Below are positions 51,773 through 62,984 of a stretch of 64,000 bases of DNA, one piece after another. A program made the position numbers and the translations under genes. Below the pieces are notes generated by a model. The model searched no databases, was not told the DNA's origin, and saw only the letters and a program-made list of their open reading frames with translations. The number at the start of each line of letters is the position of its first letter. The stretch's first letter is position 1. The DNA comes from an uncultured Candidatus Rokubacteria bacterium (GTDB taxonomy: Bacteria > Methylomirabilota > Methylomirabilia > Rokubacteriales > CSP1-6), in NCBI GenBank assembly GCA_963762145.1, contig CAVXJS010000019.1, positions 1 through 64,000 of the forward strand, read 5' to 3'.

Positions 51773-53485
51773 CTAGGCGGGCCCGAGATCCTCCGCGGCG
51801 TCGGCCAGCAGCCGCTCGAATGACGGCGGGAGGTCGATCGGGCGGCCGACCACGCCCGGGCTGTAGCCCTGCAGCCAGTAGCTGTTGGTCGGGTGACCGC
51901 CGCCCGCCACCACGATCACGAAGTTGTCGGGGCTCGCGGTGATCGGCCACGGATCGAGCGCGAGGCTCTCGCGGGCCACCTTGCTGGTGTCGATCTCGAT
52001 CCACGCCGCACCGCCCGCGCGGCGGAGCGCCTCGGCGGGGATGCGGGAGTGCTCCCAGAGGAACTGGCGCATCGAGGCCTTGGTCCAGCCGAGGCCGGCC
52101 ATGGTCTGCGCGACCACGCCCGGGATCATCAGGATACCCGGGGTGCCGTGCTCGTAGCCGGCGAGCCCGGCCATGTTGGGCACGCGCATGAAGTCGGCCA
52201 TGCGGTGCATGCCCTGGAGCGCGTCCTCCTCGGGCGTCTCCTTCTTGGCGCCGCGCCGGCGGATGTTCGTGGCCCCGTTGGCGAAGGCGAGGGAGATCGA
52301 GCTCTCGCCCGGCGCGAAGCCGTGGCGCTCGGTGCCGTGGGGCGCCCATCCCGGGGGCAGGTTGGCCTCGTCCTCCGCGAAGACCACGTTCGTGTAGCGC
52401 AGGCCGCCGTAGTTGGCCATGGTGCCGATGCCGGGCAGGGCGCCGCCGAGGTTCTGCTGCAGCAGGCGCAGCGCGCGGCCGATGCTCGCGCCCGCCGGCC
52501 GCTGCGGATCCGGGCCGAGGCAGCCGAAGCCGGCGTTCAGCCGGATCCGAGCGCCGATCGGCCCGTTGACGATCACCACCGGAAACGCGCTGCCCGACGC
52601 GGCCTGCAGCGCCTCGCTTCCCGACTCGGGATCGAGGAAGGCCTCCACCGCCGCCACGAGGACCGGGAGGTACTCGGGCCGCCCGCCCGCCATCGCCAGC
52701 GCGATGGCGCACGACTCGACCGTGGTCACGCCGCCCCGCGGGGGAAAGGCGCCGAGCTTCCGCCCGCGCGGATGCGCGGCGCCGGCGAGGATCCAGTCCA
52801 CGCGCGCCCGCGTCGGGGGCCAGAGCGGCAGGCCGTCGCCCCAGCGGTTGGCGAGCATCAGGTGGTTGGCGCGGGCGAGCGCGTCCTCGACGCTCGCGCC
52901 CTCCACGGAGATCATGGGCGCCTCGCCCGCGGCGTCGCGGTCGAGAGCCGAGCGCCAGCGCGTCAGCCCGTCGTAGAACTCCTGCTTGCGCGCCTCCACC
53001 GGGGTGATGTCGCTGCCCGGCAGGAACATCTCGATGGGGAAGGTGACCATCGCCGCGTCCGGGGCCAGCCCGAGGCCGGCCACCGCATTCGTCATCACGC
53101 CGACGAAATCGGCCCGGGTGAGCGTGACCGTCGGGATCCCCTGGGCTTCGAGCCTGGCGGCCGACCGGCCGCACGCCGTGGCGCAGGTCCCTCAGGCGGC
53201 GTTGCCGATGATGACGGCGTCGACCCCGCTCGCCTTGACGAGCGCCGCCGTCTCCTCCGAGCCGATCACCGCGTTGCCTTGGGGGAAGGCGTCGATCGGC
53301 AGGACCTCGATGCCGGGGAAGTCCGCTTCGAGCAGCGCCTTGAGCAGCGGCAGCATGCGGTAGGCCTGCCACTGCTCGTTGCTGACGAAACCGATCCGCT
53401 TGCCGGCGAGCGCGTCGATGCGCGGGGCGTGGGGCTGCTTCACCTCGATGGCGCCGGAGGGGTCGTGGAACTCGAGGGTGATCAT
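51773..53485 (-). CDS. UGSC-family selenoprotein (Sec at UGA 53192-53194, U-G-T-C) fused to a DGLP..PPT domain
   Basis: ORFs 53192-53485 and 51773-53098 are in frame and separated only by TGA; readthrough gives GNAA-U-GTCATACGRSAARLEAQGIPTV. Confidence 0.85.
53157..53172 (-). promoter_or_regulatory. Bacterial SECIS-like hairpin
   Basis: GCGGCC-GGUC-GGCCGC, separated from the UGA by 19 nt. Confidence 0.75.
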
Positions 53486-53556
53486 TCCGGAGCCGAGTAT
53501 AGCCCAAGGGCCGCGCTTGACCCGGCTCTCTCGCGTGTGTTAGGTCCGAGGGCACC

Positions 53557-54588
53557 ATGACCATCACGATCTTCGGCGCTGGCGCGATCGGAGGCACCAC
53601 CGGGGCCGCCCTGGCCCAGGCGGGGCACGACGTGCTCCTGGTGGACAGCAACGCGGAGCACGTCGCGGCCATCAATGCCCAGGGCCTCACGGTGGAGCGC
53701 GAGGGCAAGACCACCACGACGCGGGTCCCCGCGGTCCTGGCCCGGGATCTCGGTGACGGCCTGGATCTCGTGATGCTGGCCGTGAAGAGCCATCACACGG
53801 AGGACGCGCTCGGTGTGCTGGTTCCGAAGCTGGCGGCGGGGAGCACCGTGGTGTCGCTGCAGAACGGGCTCAGCGAGGAGCAGATCGCCCGCGCGGTGGG
53901 CCCGGCGCGCACCGTCGGCTGCCTGGTGAACTGGGCCGCGGACTGGGTGGCCCCGGGGCGCATCCTCCACGGAGGCCACGGGGCCTTCGTGCTGGGCGAG
54001 CTCGACGGCCGGATCACCTCTCGCGTGAAGGATCTGGCCGCGCTGCTGAGCGCGGTGGAGCAGACGCCGGTCACGGACAACATCTGGGGCTACAAGTGGG
54101 GCAAGCTCATCTACGGGGCGCTCCTCTTCGGCACCGCGGTGGTGGACGCCCACGTGTACGAGGTCGTGGAGCGGAGCCACGGCGTGCAGCAGGCGCTGGT
54201 GGGGATCGTGGGCGAGGGGCTCGCGGTGGCCGACAAGGCGGGGGTACGCGTCGAGCCCTTCGACGAGTTCGATCCGGCCTGGTACCGCGCCGCGCTGGCC
54301 GGGGACACGAGCGCGCGGACGCGCGCGATGACCGCCATCGCCGCGCACTACCGCGCCCACACCAAGACCAAGACCGGCATCTGGCGCGATCTCGCGGTGC
54401 GCAAGCGCAAGACCGAGGTGGACGGCCAGCTCGGCATGCTCGCGCGCAAGGGCGAGGGCCTCGGCGTGGCCATGCCGCTGACCCGACGGCTCGGCGAGCT
54501 GATCCGCGATCTGGAGGACGGCCGCCGGCAGATGGACTGGGCCAACCTCGATCCGCTCGTCGCCCTCGCGGGCGGGGCGCGCGCGTGA
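53557..54588 (+). CDS. Ketopantoate reductase family (ApbA/PanE-like) oxidoreductase
   Basis: GAGAIGG; AVKS; SLQNG; KTEVD. Confidence 0.85.
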   Translation: MTITIFGAGAIGGTTGAALAQAGHDVLLVDSNAEHVAAINAQGLTVEREGKTTTTRVPAVLARDLGDGLDLVMLAVKSHHTEDALGVLVPKLAAGSTVVSLQNGLSEEQIARAVGPARTVGCLVNWAADWVAPGRILHGGHGAFVLGELDGRITSRVKDLAALLSAVEQTPVTDNIWGYKWGKLIYGALLFGTAVVDAHVYEVVERSHGVQQALVGIVGEGLAVADKAGVRVEPFDEFDPAWYRAALAGDTSARTRAMTAIAAHYRAHTKTKTGIWRDLAVRKRKTEVDGQLGMLARKGEGLGVAMPLTRRLGELIRDLEDGRRQMDWANLDPLVALAGGARA

Positions 54589-56348
54589 GGCGCCCGCACT
54601 GGGGCTGGCAGGACCCGCTGGAGGCCGCGCTCCTGCCCGCGGTCTCAGCCGACTCGCTGATGACCCACGCCCGCGCCATCGCCACCTGGGAGCGCGAGTC
54701 GGGCAGCCCGGGCGAGGCGCGCGCCTTCGACTACATCGAAGCCTGCCTCAAGCGCTATGGCCTCGAGGTGGAGCGCCGCGAGATCGAGGCCTACATCTCG
54801 CTGCCGCTGGAGTCACGCGTGCTCCTGCCCGACGGCACCGTGATCGGGGCGCTGACCCATTCGTTCTCCGCCTCCACCGGGCCAGAAGGTCTCGAGGCGG
54901 AGCTGGTGGACGGCGGCGACGGCACCGTGGAGACGCTGACGCGGGTCGGCGCGCGGGGCAAGCTCGCCCTGGTGGACAACTTCGCCACCCCGGCGAAGGC
55001 GTGGGCCGCGCAGGAGGCGGGTACCCTGGGCCAGCTCTTCACGAACCTGGACCATCTGCACAACATGATCGTCACCACGATCTGGGGCACGCCCAGCCCG
55101 GAGACCGCGTGGCGGATCCCGAAGCTGCCGTGCTCCTCCATCAAGAAGGTGGACGCGGAGAATCTGCGCGCGCGGCTCCAGGCCGGCCCGCTCCGCGTGC
55201 GGCTCGTGACACGCGTGCGCACCGAGTGGATGCCGATCCCGCATCTCACCGGCCACCTCGCTGGGGCCGAGGAGGCCTTCACGCTCTTCTCCGGCCACGT
55301 GGACGCCTGGCATCACGGCGCGATGGACAACGGCAGCGCCAACGCCACCATGCTCGAGGTGGCGCGACTGCTGGGCGGCCATCGCGGCCGGCTGCGCCGG
55401 GGGCTGCGGCTGGCCTTCTGGTCCGGCCACTCGCACGGGCGCTACGCGGGCTCGGCCTGGTACGCCGATCACGCCTGGCGCGAGCTCGAGCGCGACGGCG
55501 TGCTCCACCTCAACGTGGATTCGACCGGCGCGAAGGGCGCGACCGACTTCACCGTCTTCCACGCCACCGAGGACGCGGCGGACTTCGCGGAGGCGGTGGT
55601 GGCCGACGTGACCGGCCAGCGGGGGCGGGCCCGGCACTTCTCGCGCGCGGGGGACCAGTCCTTCTGGGGCATCGGGCTGCCCAGCGCGTTCATGTCCATG
55701 TCGCAGCTGCCGCCCCAGGACACGGAGTTCGGCCGGACCACCGAGCGGCTCTTCGGCACCTCCGGCTTCCCCTGGTGGTGGCACACCCTCGAGGACACCA
55801 TCGACAAGCTCGACGGCGCCGTCCTGGCCCACGACACGAAGGTCTTCGTGGCTTCCGCGCTGCGCCTCTGCAATGCGCCGGTGCTGCCGCTGGGACCGGC
55901 CCGCGCCGCGCGAGCGGTGGCGGACGCCGCCGCGGAGCTGCACGCGGGGGCGAGCGGCCGATTCGATCTCTCGCCGCTGGTCGCAGCCGCCCGCGGGCTG
56001 GCCGCCTCCCTCGACGCGGCGGCTCCCGGGCTCGCGCGCCTGGCCGCCACCGACGGGGCCGAGACCGCGGCGGTCAACCGGCTCCTCATGCGCCTGTCGC
56101 GCGCGCTGGTGCCGCTGCTCTTCACCGGCGGCGACCGCTTCACCCATGACCTGGCCGTCGGCGTCCCGCCGCTCGCGGGGCTGCAGCGCGCCCGGGAGCT
56201 GCCCGGCATGGACGCCGCCGCCGACCTCGCCAAGTTCTCGCTCGCCGCGCTGGGGCGCGAGCGCAACCGTGCGCATCACGCGCTCGACGTGGCCTCCGAT
56301 CTCGCCGCCGAGCTCGGCACCCGCGTCCCACAAGGAGAGATTCGATGA
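54585..56348 (+). CDS. M28 family metallopeptidase with PA domain
   Basis: GHVDAW, GAMDNGSA, WSGHSHGRY, WHTLEDT. Confidence 0.85.
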   Translation: MRRPHWGWQDPLEAALLPAVSADSLMTHARAIATWERESGSPGEARAFDYIEACLKRYGLEVERREIEAYISLPLESRVLLPDGTVIGALTHSFSASTGPEGLEAELVDGGDGTVETLTRVGARGKLALVDNFATPAKAWAAQEAGTLGQLFTNLDHLHNMIVTTIWGTPSPETAWRIPKLPCSSIKKVDAENLRARLQAGPLRVRLVTRVRTEWMPIPHLTGHLAGAEEAFTLFSGHVDAWHHGAMDNGSANATMLEVARLLGGHRGRLRRGLRLAFWSGHSHGRYAGSAWYADHAWRELERDGVLHLNVDSTGAKGATDFTVFHATEDAADFAEAVVADVTGQRGRARHFSRAGDQSFWGIGLPSAFMSMSQLPPQDTEFGRTTERLFGTSGFPWWWHTLEDTIDKLDGAVLAHDTKVFVASALRLCNAPVLPLGPARAARAVADAAAELHAGASGRFDLSPLVAAARGLAASLDAAAPGLARLAATDGAETAAVNRLLMRLSRALVPLLFTGGDRFTHDLAVGVPPLAGLQRARELPGMDAAADLAKFSLAALGRERNRAHHALDVASDLAAELGTRVPQGEIR

Positions 56349-57938
56349 CGCGATTCCGGAACGCGTGGCTCGTCCTCATCGCCGTCGCGGTCGCCGCGGG
56401 CCTCCTGGCCGCCGCCGGCCCGGCCGAGGCCCAGAAGCGGGGCGGCACGCTCACCATCGTGCGCCCCACCGATCCCGTCTCGCTGGAGCCGAACCTCGAG
56501 ACCACCGCGCCCGGCGCGTGGGTGTACTTCAACATGCTCGAGGGGCTGCTGACCCTCGACACCAAGATGCAGGTCCAGCCCTCGCTGGCCACCTCCTACG
56601 AGGTGATGTCGCCCACGCGGGTGCGCTTCAAGCTGCGCCCCAACGTGAAGTTCCACGACGGCACGCCGCTGAACGCGGCCGCGGTGAAGTTCACCTTCGA
56701 CCGCGCGCTGAAGGGCACGCCGCCCGCGCGCTGGGCCAGCCTCGCCGGGTCGCTCGAGGGCGCCGAGGTGGTGGACAACCTCACGGTGGACATCGTCACC
56801 CGGGAGCCGTACGGCCCGGTGCTGCGCACGCTCGCGATGTACTGCATGGGCATCGTGTCGCCGACGGCGGTGGGCAAGCTGGGCGCGGACTTCAGCCGGG
56901 CGCCCGGTGGGCACGGGGCCGTTCAAGTTCGTCGAGTGGAAGACCAACACCCACGTCATCATCGAGCGCTTCCCGGACTACTGGGGCGACAAGGCGCTGC
57001 TCGACCGCGTGATCTTCAAGGTCGTGCCCGAGGAGGGCGCCCGGATGATCGCGCTCCAGACCGGGGACGCGGACATGGTGCTGTTCCCCTCGCCGGCGCA
57101 GCTCCCGCGCTCCGGAAGGACGCGAAGTTCACCGTGCACGAGAGCACCGGGGTCCGGGTGGTCTTCGCGGGCTTCCACGCGGGCATGCCGCCGCTGGACG
57201 ACGTGCGCGTGCGCCAGGCCCTGCTCCACGCGGTGGACCGGAAGGCCATCGTGGAGAACATCATGGAGGGCTCGGCGGGGCCCGCGATGGGCGTGCTCGC
57301 GCCCGGCGTGTTCGGCTACAAGGACATGCAGCTCGACAAGCTCTACCCGTTCGATCGCGCGAAGGCCAAGGCGCTGCTGGCCCAGGCGGGCTGGACACCG
57401 GGAGCCGACGGCATCCTGCAGAAGGGCGGCCAGCGGCTGTCGCTCTCCTGGCTCGCCGCGCGCGGCCGCTACCCCAAGGACGGCGAGATCACCGAGGCCA
57501 TCCAGGCGATGTTCAAGGAGGTCGGGGTCGAGGCCAAGGTGCAGGTGCTCGAGTGGGCGGCGGTGTTCCACGCAGGTCCGCGGCAACCCGCTCAACCACC
57601 ACATGTTCACGCTGGGCTGGGTCACCTCCAACGCCGACGCGGACTACTCCCTCTACGCGCTCTTCCACAGCAAGCAGGTGCCGCCCGCCGGCTGGAACAC
57701 CTCGCGCTACGCGAACCCCAGGGTGGACACCCTCGTGGAGCAGGCGCGCCGCAGCCTGAACCAGTCGGAGCGCGAGAAGCTCTACTTCGAGGTGCAGGAC
57801 ATCCTGGCCAAGGAGATGGTGTGGATCCCGGTGTACACGACCAAGGAGATCATCGTCACCCGGGCCAGCGTGAAGGGCTTCACCATTCACCCGGTCGAGT
57901 ACAACCTCTGGCTGGGGAAGGCCTGGCTCGACAAGTAG
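56345..57938 (+). CDS. Peptide ABC substrate-binding protein (frameshifted)
   Basis: LRPNVKFHDG; GTGPFKF; pieces alternate between frames. Confidence 0.88.
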
Positions 57939-57949
57939 CCCCGTCCGCG

Positions 57950-58876
57950 ATGCTGACGTTCCTCGTCCGGCGCCTGATGCTGGCGGTGCCGGTGCTGCTG
58001 GGCGTCGTCTTCGTCGTCATGCTCACCGTCGAGCTGATTCCGGGCGACGCGGTGGCGCTGATGCTGGGCGAGCACGCCACGCCGGAGGCGGTGGCCAAGC
58101 TCCGCGACTACCTCGGGCTCGACAAGCCGATGGTCGTCCGCTACGTGGAGTACGTCGGGCGCGTGGCGCGGGGCGACCTCGGGCGCTCCATCCAGCAGAA
58201 CCGCCCGGTGGTCGACGAGCTGGGCGACGTCTGGCCGGCCACCCTCGAGCTGACGGTGGCGGCGCTGGTGCATCGCCGCCGTGGTGGGCGTGCTCGCCGG
58301 CCTCGTCTCCGCGGTGTGGCCGAACTCGTGTGTTCGACACGCTGGCCCGCATCGGCTCGCTGTTCGGGCTCTCCATGCCCGTGTTCTGGACGGGCCTCGT
58401 CCTCATCGTGGTGTTCGCGTTCTGGCTGTCGTGGTTCCCGGTGGGCGGGCACCGGCGGCCTCTCGCACCTGGTGCTGCCCGCGGTGACGCTGGCGCTGCC
58501 CTCGGTGGCCATGGTCGCGCGCATGACGCGCTCGAGCGTGCTGGACGTGCTGCGCGAGGACTACGTGCGCACCGCGCGGGCCAAGGGCGTGGCCGAGCGG
58601 CTCGTGGTGTCCAAGCACGCGCTCCGCAACGCGGCCATCCCCATCCTGACCCTGCTGGGGCTGCAGGCCGGGCAGCTCATGGGCGGCGCGGTGCTGACCG
58701 AGACGGTGTTCGCGTGGCCGGGGCTCGGGCGGCTCATCGTCAAGGCCATCTTCGCGCGCGACTACGTGCTGGTGCAGGGGGCGGTGCTGGTCTTCGCGGT
58801 GGCCTTCGTCGTCATCAACCTCGCGGTGGATCTGGCCTACGGCGCGCTCGATCCGCGCGTGTCGCGGCAGGGCTAG
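57950..58876 (+). CDS. Peptide ABC permease DppB/OppB-like (frameshifted)
   Basis: PGD; EDYVRTARAKG; ETVFAWPGLG. Confidence 0.88.
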   Translation: MLTFLVRRLMLAVPVLLGVVFVVMLTVELIPGDAVALMLGEHATPEAVAKLRDYLGLDKPMVVRYVEYVGRVARGDLGRSIQQNRPVVDELGDVWPATLELTVAALVHRRRGGRARRPRLRGVAELVCSTRWPASARCSGSPCPCSGRASSSSWCSRSGCRGSRWAGTGGLSHLVLPAVTLALPSVAMVARMTRSSVLDVLREDYVRTARAKGVAERLVVSKHALRNAAIPILTLLGLQAGQLMGGAVLTETVFAWPGLGRLIVKAIFARDYVLVQGAVLVFAVAFVVINLAVDLAYGALDPRVSRQG

Positions 58877-58878
58877 CG

Positions 58879-59775
58879 ATGGCCATCTCCGCGGTGGGAG
58901 CGCTCGAGGGCCCGGCGGTGGCGGTGGTCGAGACGGGGCGGCTGAGCGCCTGGGGCCAGTTCCGGCGCAATCGCCTCGCGGTGGCCGGGCTGGCCATCGT
59001 GGCCCTGCTCCTCGTCGCGGCCCTGGGCGCGCCGTGGCTCTCGCCCTTCGATCCCGCCAAGCAGAGCCTGATCGAGAAGCGCGCGAAGCCGGGCGGGAAG
59101 TTCCTCCTCGGCGCGGACGAGTTCGGCCGCGACATCCTCTCGCGCGTGATCTACGGCAGTCGCGTCGCGCTGATGGTGAGCGTGCTCTCGGTGGCGGTGG
59201 CCCTCTCGCTCGGGCTCACGCTCGGCTGCCTGGCCGGATTCCTCGGCGGCTGGACCGACGCGCTCGTGATGCGCGCGACGGAGGTCCTGCTGGCCTTCCC
59301 CTATCTGCTGCTCGCGATCGCCGTGGTGTCCGCGCTCGGGCCCGGGGTGGTCAACACCACGCTCGCGGTGGGCATCTGGGGCGCGCCCACCGTGATCCGC
59401 GTGGTGCGCGGCGCGGTGCTGGTCGCGCGCGAGACCGAGTACGTGAGCGCGGCGCGGGCGCTGGGCGCCACCGCGCTGCAGGTGCTGACGCGCCACGTGC
59501 TGCGCAACATGCTGCCCACCGTGATCGTGTACTCCACGCTCTTCATGGCCAACGCCATCCTGGTGGAGGCCGCGCTGTCCTTCCTGGGGCTGGGCGTGCA
59601 GCCGCCCACACCCTCGTGGGGGCTCATGGTCTCCACCGGCCGCGATCTCCTCCTGGTGGCCCCGCACGTGGCGACGATTCCGGGGCTGGCCATCCTGGTC
59701 GCGGTGCTGGGGTTCAATCTCCTGGGCGATGGGCTGCGCGACGCGCTCGACCCGCGCCTGCGGGGCCGGATCTGA
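58879..59775 (+). CDS. Peptide ABC permease DppC/OppC-like
   Basis: LGADEFGRDILSR; EYVSAARALG; LGDGLRDALDPR. Confidence 0.92.
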   Translation: MAISAVGALEGPAVAVVETGRLSAWGQFRRNRLAVAGLAIVALLLVAALGAPWLSPFDPAKQSLIEKRAKPGGKFLLGADEFGRDILSRVIYGSRVALMVSVLSVAVALSLGLTLGCLAGFLGGWTDALVMRATEVLLAFPYLLLAIAVVSALGPGVVNTTLAVGIWGAPTVIRVVRGAVLVARETEYVSAARALGATALQVLTRHVLRNMLPTVIVYSTLFMANAILVEAALSFLGLGVQPPTPSWGLMVSTGRDLLLVAPHVATIPGLAILVAVLGFNLLGDGLRDALDPRLRGRI

Positions 59776-60552
59776 TGCGCCTCGCGGGGCGGACCGCCAT
59801 CGTCACCGGGGCGGCCAACGGCATCGGCCGCGCCATCTGCGTGGGCCTGGCGGCCGAGGGCGCCGCGGTCTGGGCCTGCGACGTGCTCGGCCCCGAGCTC
59901 GAGGAGACCCGCCGGTCGCTGGAGGCCGCGGGTCCGGCGGCGGCCCGCGCCGGGATCGTCGACGTGCGGAGCCCGGACGCGGTCGGGGACTTCGTGGCGC
60001 GGGCGGAAGGAGAAACCGGTCGGATAGACGTGCTCGTCAACACGCGCGGGCGGCGTGGCCGGCCAGGTCAACAAGCCCGTCGAGGAGGTGTCGGACGCCG
60101 AGTGGCGCGTGATCTTCGCGATCAACCTGGACGGCGCCTTCCACTTCACCCGCGCGGTGGCCCCCGCCATGAAGCGCGCCGGGCGCGGCGCGATCGTGAA
60201 CATCTCCTCCGGAGCCGGCCGCTCCTACAGCCTCACCGGCATCCAGGCCTACGCCAGCGCCAAGGCCGGGCTCATCGGCTTCACGCGCCAGACCGCCCGC
60301 GAGCTCGGCGCGCACGGCATCCGCGTCAACTGCGTGGCCCCGGGCTTCGTGCGCTCCAATCCCGCCTCCGAGCGGCAGTGGCACGCGATGGGCGAGGCCG
60401 GCCAGCAGCGGCTGGTGGACTCCATCGCCCTGCGCCGCATCGGCACGCCCGAGGACATCGCCCGCGCCGTGCTCTTCTTCTGCGGCGACGACTCGGCCTA
60501 CGTCACCGGCCAAACCATCAGCGTCGACGGCGGGATGTGGATGCTCGGCTGA
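59775..60552 (+). CDS. SDR oxidoreductase (frameshift ~60045)
   Basis: TGAANGIG; YASAK; VNCVAPG. Confidence 0.88.
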
Positions 60553-60561
60553 GGGCAGCCT

Positions 60562-61053
60562 TTAGCGGTTGCGGCGGATGCGCCGGACGCTGACCACCGC
60601 GAACGCGGCCAGGAAGATCCACACCAGCACCGCACCGATCCCGAAGACGGCGCGCCCGACGGTCTCGTCGCCGGGGCCTCGGCCGACGCCGGGGAGGGTC
60701 ACGGTGAAGGCGCGGGGACCGGGCCCGAACGCGATCCAGGAGCCGACCGCGCCGAGCCCGCCGATGATCCCGACCCCGAGCAGGGTCTGGGTGATGCGCA
60801 CCCACCGCGGCGTGCCGGCCGGCAGGTCGCCGTCGGGTCCGGCGCCGCCCGCCACCGCGTAGCCCACGATCAGGGCGGCGCCGAGGAGCACGAACATGGA
60901 GCCGGCGCAGGCGACCACCCAGCGGGGCGCCTCGAGCGAGGCGTCGCCGCCCGGGATCATGCCCACGGCCAGGAGCACGATGAAGACGCCCATCCCGCTG
61001 ACGACGAGGCCGAGGGCCACCGCGGCCCGGGGCGAGAGGGGCGTCGCGCTCAC
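60562..61053 (-). CDS. 4-TM hypothetical membrane protein
   Basis: Four hydrophobic segments; GTG overlaps the upstream stop. Confidence 0.7.
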   Translation of the reverse strand: MSATPLSPRAAVALGLVVSGMGVFIVLLAVGMIPGGDASLEAPRWVVACAGSMFVLLGAALIVGYAVAGGAGPDGDLPAGTPRWVRITQTLLGVGIIGGLGAVGSWIAFGPGPRAFTVTLPGVGRGPGDETVGRAVFGIGAVLVWIFLAAFAVVSVRRIRRNR

Positions 61054-62036
61054 CGGGTCCGGGCGGCGGTGAATCCGGTCTTGGCGTACTTCACGTCGCG
61101 GTAGTCGCCCGAGAGCACCGGGGCGTGGCGAGGGGCGCCCTGCGAGGGCAGGCACTCGATGAGCGCGTCGTAGTTCGGGTGATTGAAGAAGGCGATGGAC
61201 AGGCGCGCGCCGCCCGCCGCCCCCGTCGCGGGCGGGTTCACCACACGGTGCAGGTTCGAGAGCCACCGGTCGTTGGTCCAGCGCATCAGCAGGTCGCCGA
61301 TGTTCACCACGAAGGTGGTGGGGGAGGTCGGCACGTCCACCCAGCGATCGTCGCGCGTGCGCACCTGCAGGCCGCCGGGCACGTCCTCGCCGCTCAGGAT
61401 CGTGAACCCGCCGTAGTCGGTATGGGCGCTGGCGCGAAGCTGGCCGGGCTCGGGGGGCACGGCCTGGGCCGGGTAGTAGTTGAGCCGCATGGTGCCGATC
61501 GAGCGGTCCACCTTGTCGTCGAAGAAGTCCTCCGCCACGTCGAGGGCGAGGGCGGCCAGCCGCATGAGCGTGACGATGAGCCCGCTCATGGCCCGGTAGT
61601 ACGTGGTGGCCGCGCGCTCGAAGCCCGCCGGCGCGGCCGGCCAGAGGTTCGGCTCGAAGTGCCGACGGCCCAGGGGACCCGTGTAGTACGGGTCGGAGGA
61701 GACGTCCACCGGACCCACGTGGAAGAACTCCTTCAGGTCGGGCGCCGCTGCGGTGTCGTTGGCGGACGCCAGCGTCTCGCCGGCCACCGGATGATAGCCG
61801 CGGTTGGTGCCCGCGACGGGATGCCGGGCCGCGAGCTTGGCCGCGAGGGGCAGCGCGAAGAACGCGTGGGCGCGCCCACGCAGGTCGTCCACCAGGGCGT
61901 CGGGGATCCCGTGGCCGGTGATGGCGAAGAAGCCGATCTCGCGGCAGGCCGCGTCGATCGCGCGGGCGATCGCCAGACGGTCGGCCTGACCCCCGTGGTG
62001 GGCCGGCCCCAGGTCGATGACCGGGACGGAGGCCAT
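61050..62036 (-). CDS. Isopenicillin N synthase-like 2OG-Fe(II) oxygenase
   Basis: HTDYG; NIGD; HRV; RLS. Confidence 0.92.
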   Translation of the reverse strand: MASVPVIDLGPAHHGGQADRLAIARAIDAACREIGFFAITGHGIPDALVDDLRGRAHAFFALPLAAKLAARHPVAGTNRGYHPVAGETLASANDTAAAPDLKEFFHVGPVDVSSDPYYTGPLGRRHFEPNLWPAAPAGFERAATTYYRAMSGLIVTLMRLAALALDVAEDFFDDKVDRSIGTMRLNYYPAQAVPPEPGQLRASAHTDYGGFTILSGEDVPGGLQVRTRDDRWVDVPTSPTTFVVNIGDLLMRWTNDRWLSNLHRVVNPPATGAAGGARLSIAFFNHPNYDALIECLPSQGAPRHAPVLSGDYRDVKYAKTGFTAARTR

Positions 62037-62039
62037 CGC

Positions 62040-62799
62040 CTAGAGCGTCGAGAACACCGAGCCGCCGTCCACCACGAGCGTCTGGCCGCTCATGAAGGCG
62101 CTGTCGTCGGAGGCCAGGAAGACCACGGTGCCTTCCACGTCGTCGGGGAAGGCGTCGCGCTTGAGCGACCGCGCCTGCATGATCGCGGCCTCCTGGAAGG
62201 CGGTGATGTCGGGGTTGGCCTGCACGGTGTCGCTCAGGATGAGCCCCGGCGCCACCGCGTTGACCGTGATCCGGTCCGGCCCGAGCTCGCGGGCGAGCGC
62301 GCGGGTCATCGCCACCACCGCGCCCTTCGACGTCACGTAGTGCATGAGTAGCGCGGTGCCCTTGGCCACGATGGCCGAGGCCACGTTGACGATGCGTCCG
62401 CCGCCCTGCGCGCGCATCGACGGGGACCACCGCGCGGGCGCAGTGCCACACGCCCTTGACGTTCACCGCCATCACGCGGTCCCACTCCGCCTCCGGGATC
62501 GCGTCGAAGGGCTGCGGCTTGAGCGTGGCGAAGACCGCCGCGTTGTTGACGAGCACGTCGACCCGGCCGAAGCGGGCCAGCGTCGCGTCCACCATGGCGG
62601 AGACGGAGCCCGCGTCGCTCACGTCGGTGCGCACCCCGAGCGCGCGCCCCGCCGCGTCGAGCTTGTCCACCGCGGCGGCCGGATCGGCGAGGTCGGCCAC
62701 CACGACGCGCGCGCCCTCGGCGAGAAAGCGCCGCGCGTAGGCGAAGCCGATGCCCGCGGCGCCGCCCGTGATCACCGCCACCTTGCCGTGAAGCCGCAT
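62040..62799 (-). CDS. SDR oxidoreductase (frameshift ~62420)
   Basis: TGGAAGIG; NNAA; YVTSK. Confidence 0.88.
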
Positions 62800-62984
62800 C
62801 GTGGCGCGAGCATAGACGACGCTCCCGGAGCGGTCAAGGCGACGCGGGGCTAGTCCTCCAGGAGCACGCAGTGGCGCGGCTCGGCGATGAGGAAGACCGT
62901 CTCGCCCTCGGCCACCGGGTCCGTCGCGACCTCGGGCGCGCCTTCGTGGCCACCCAGTCCCGCCAGCTCGCGCCGAGCCGTCCG

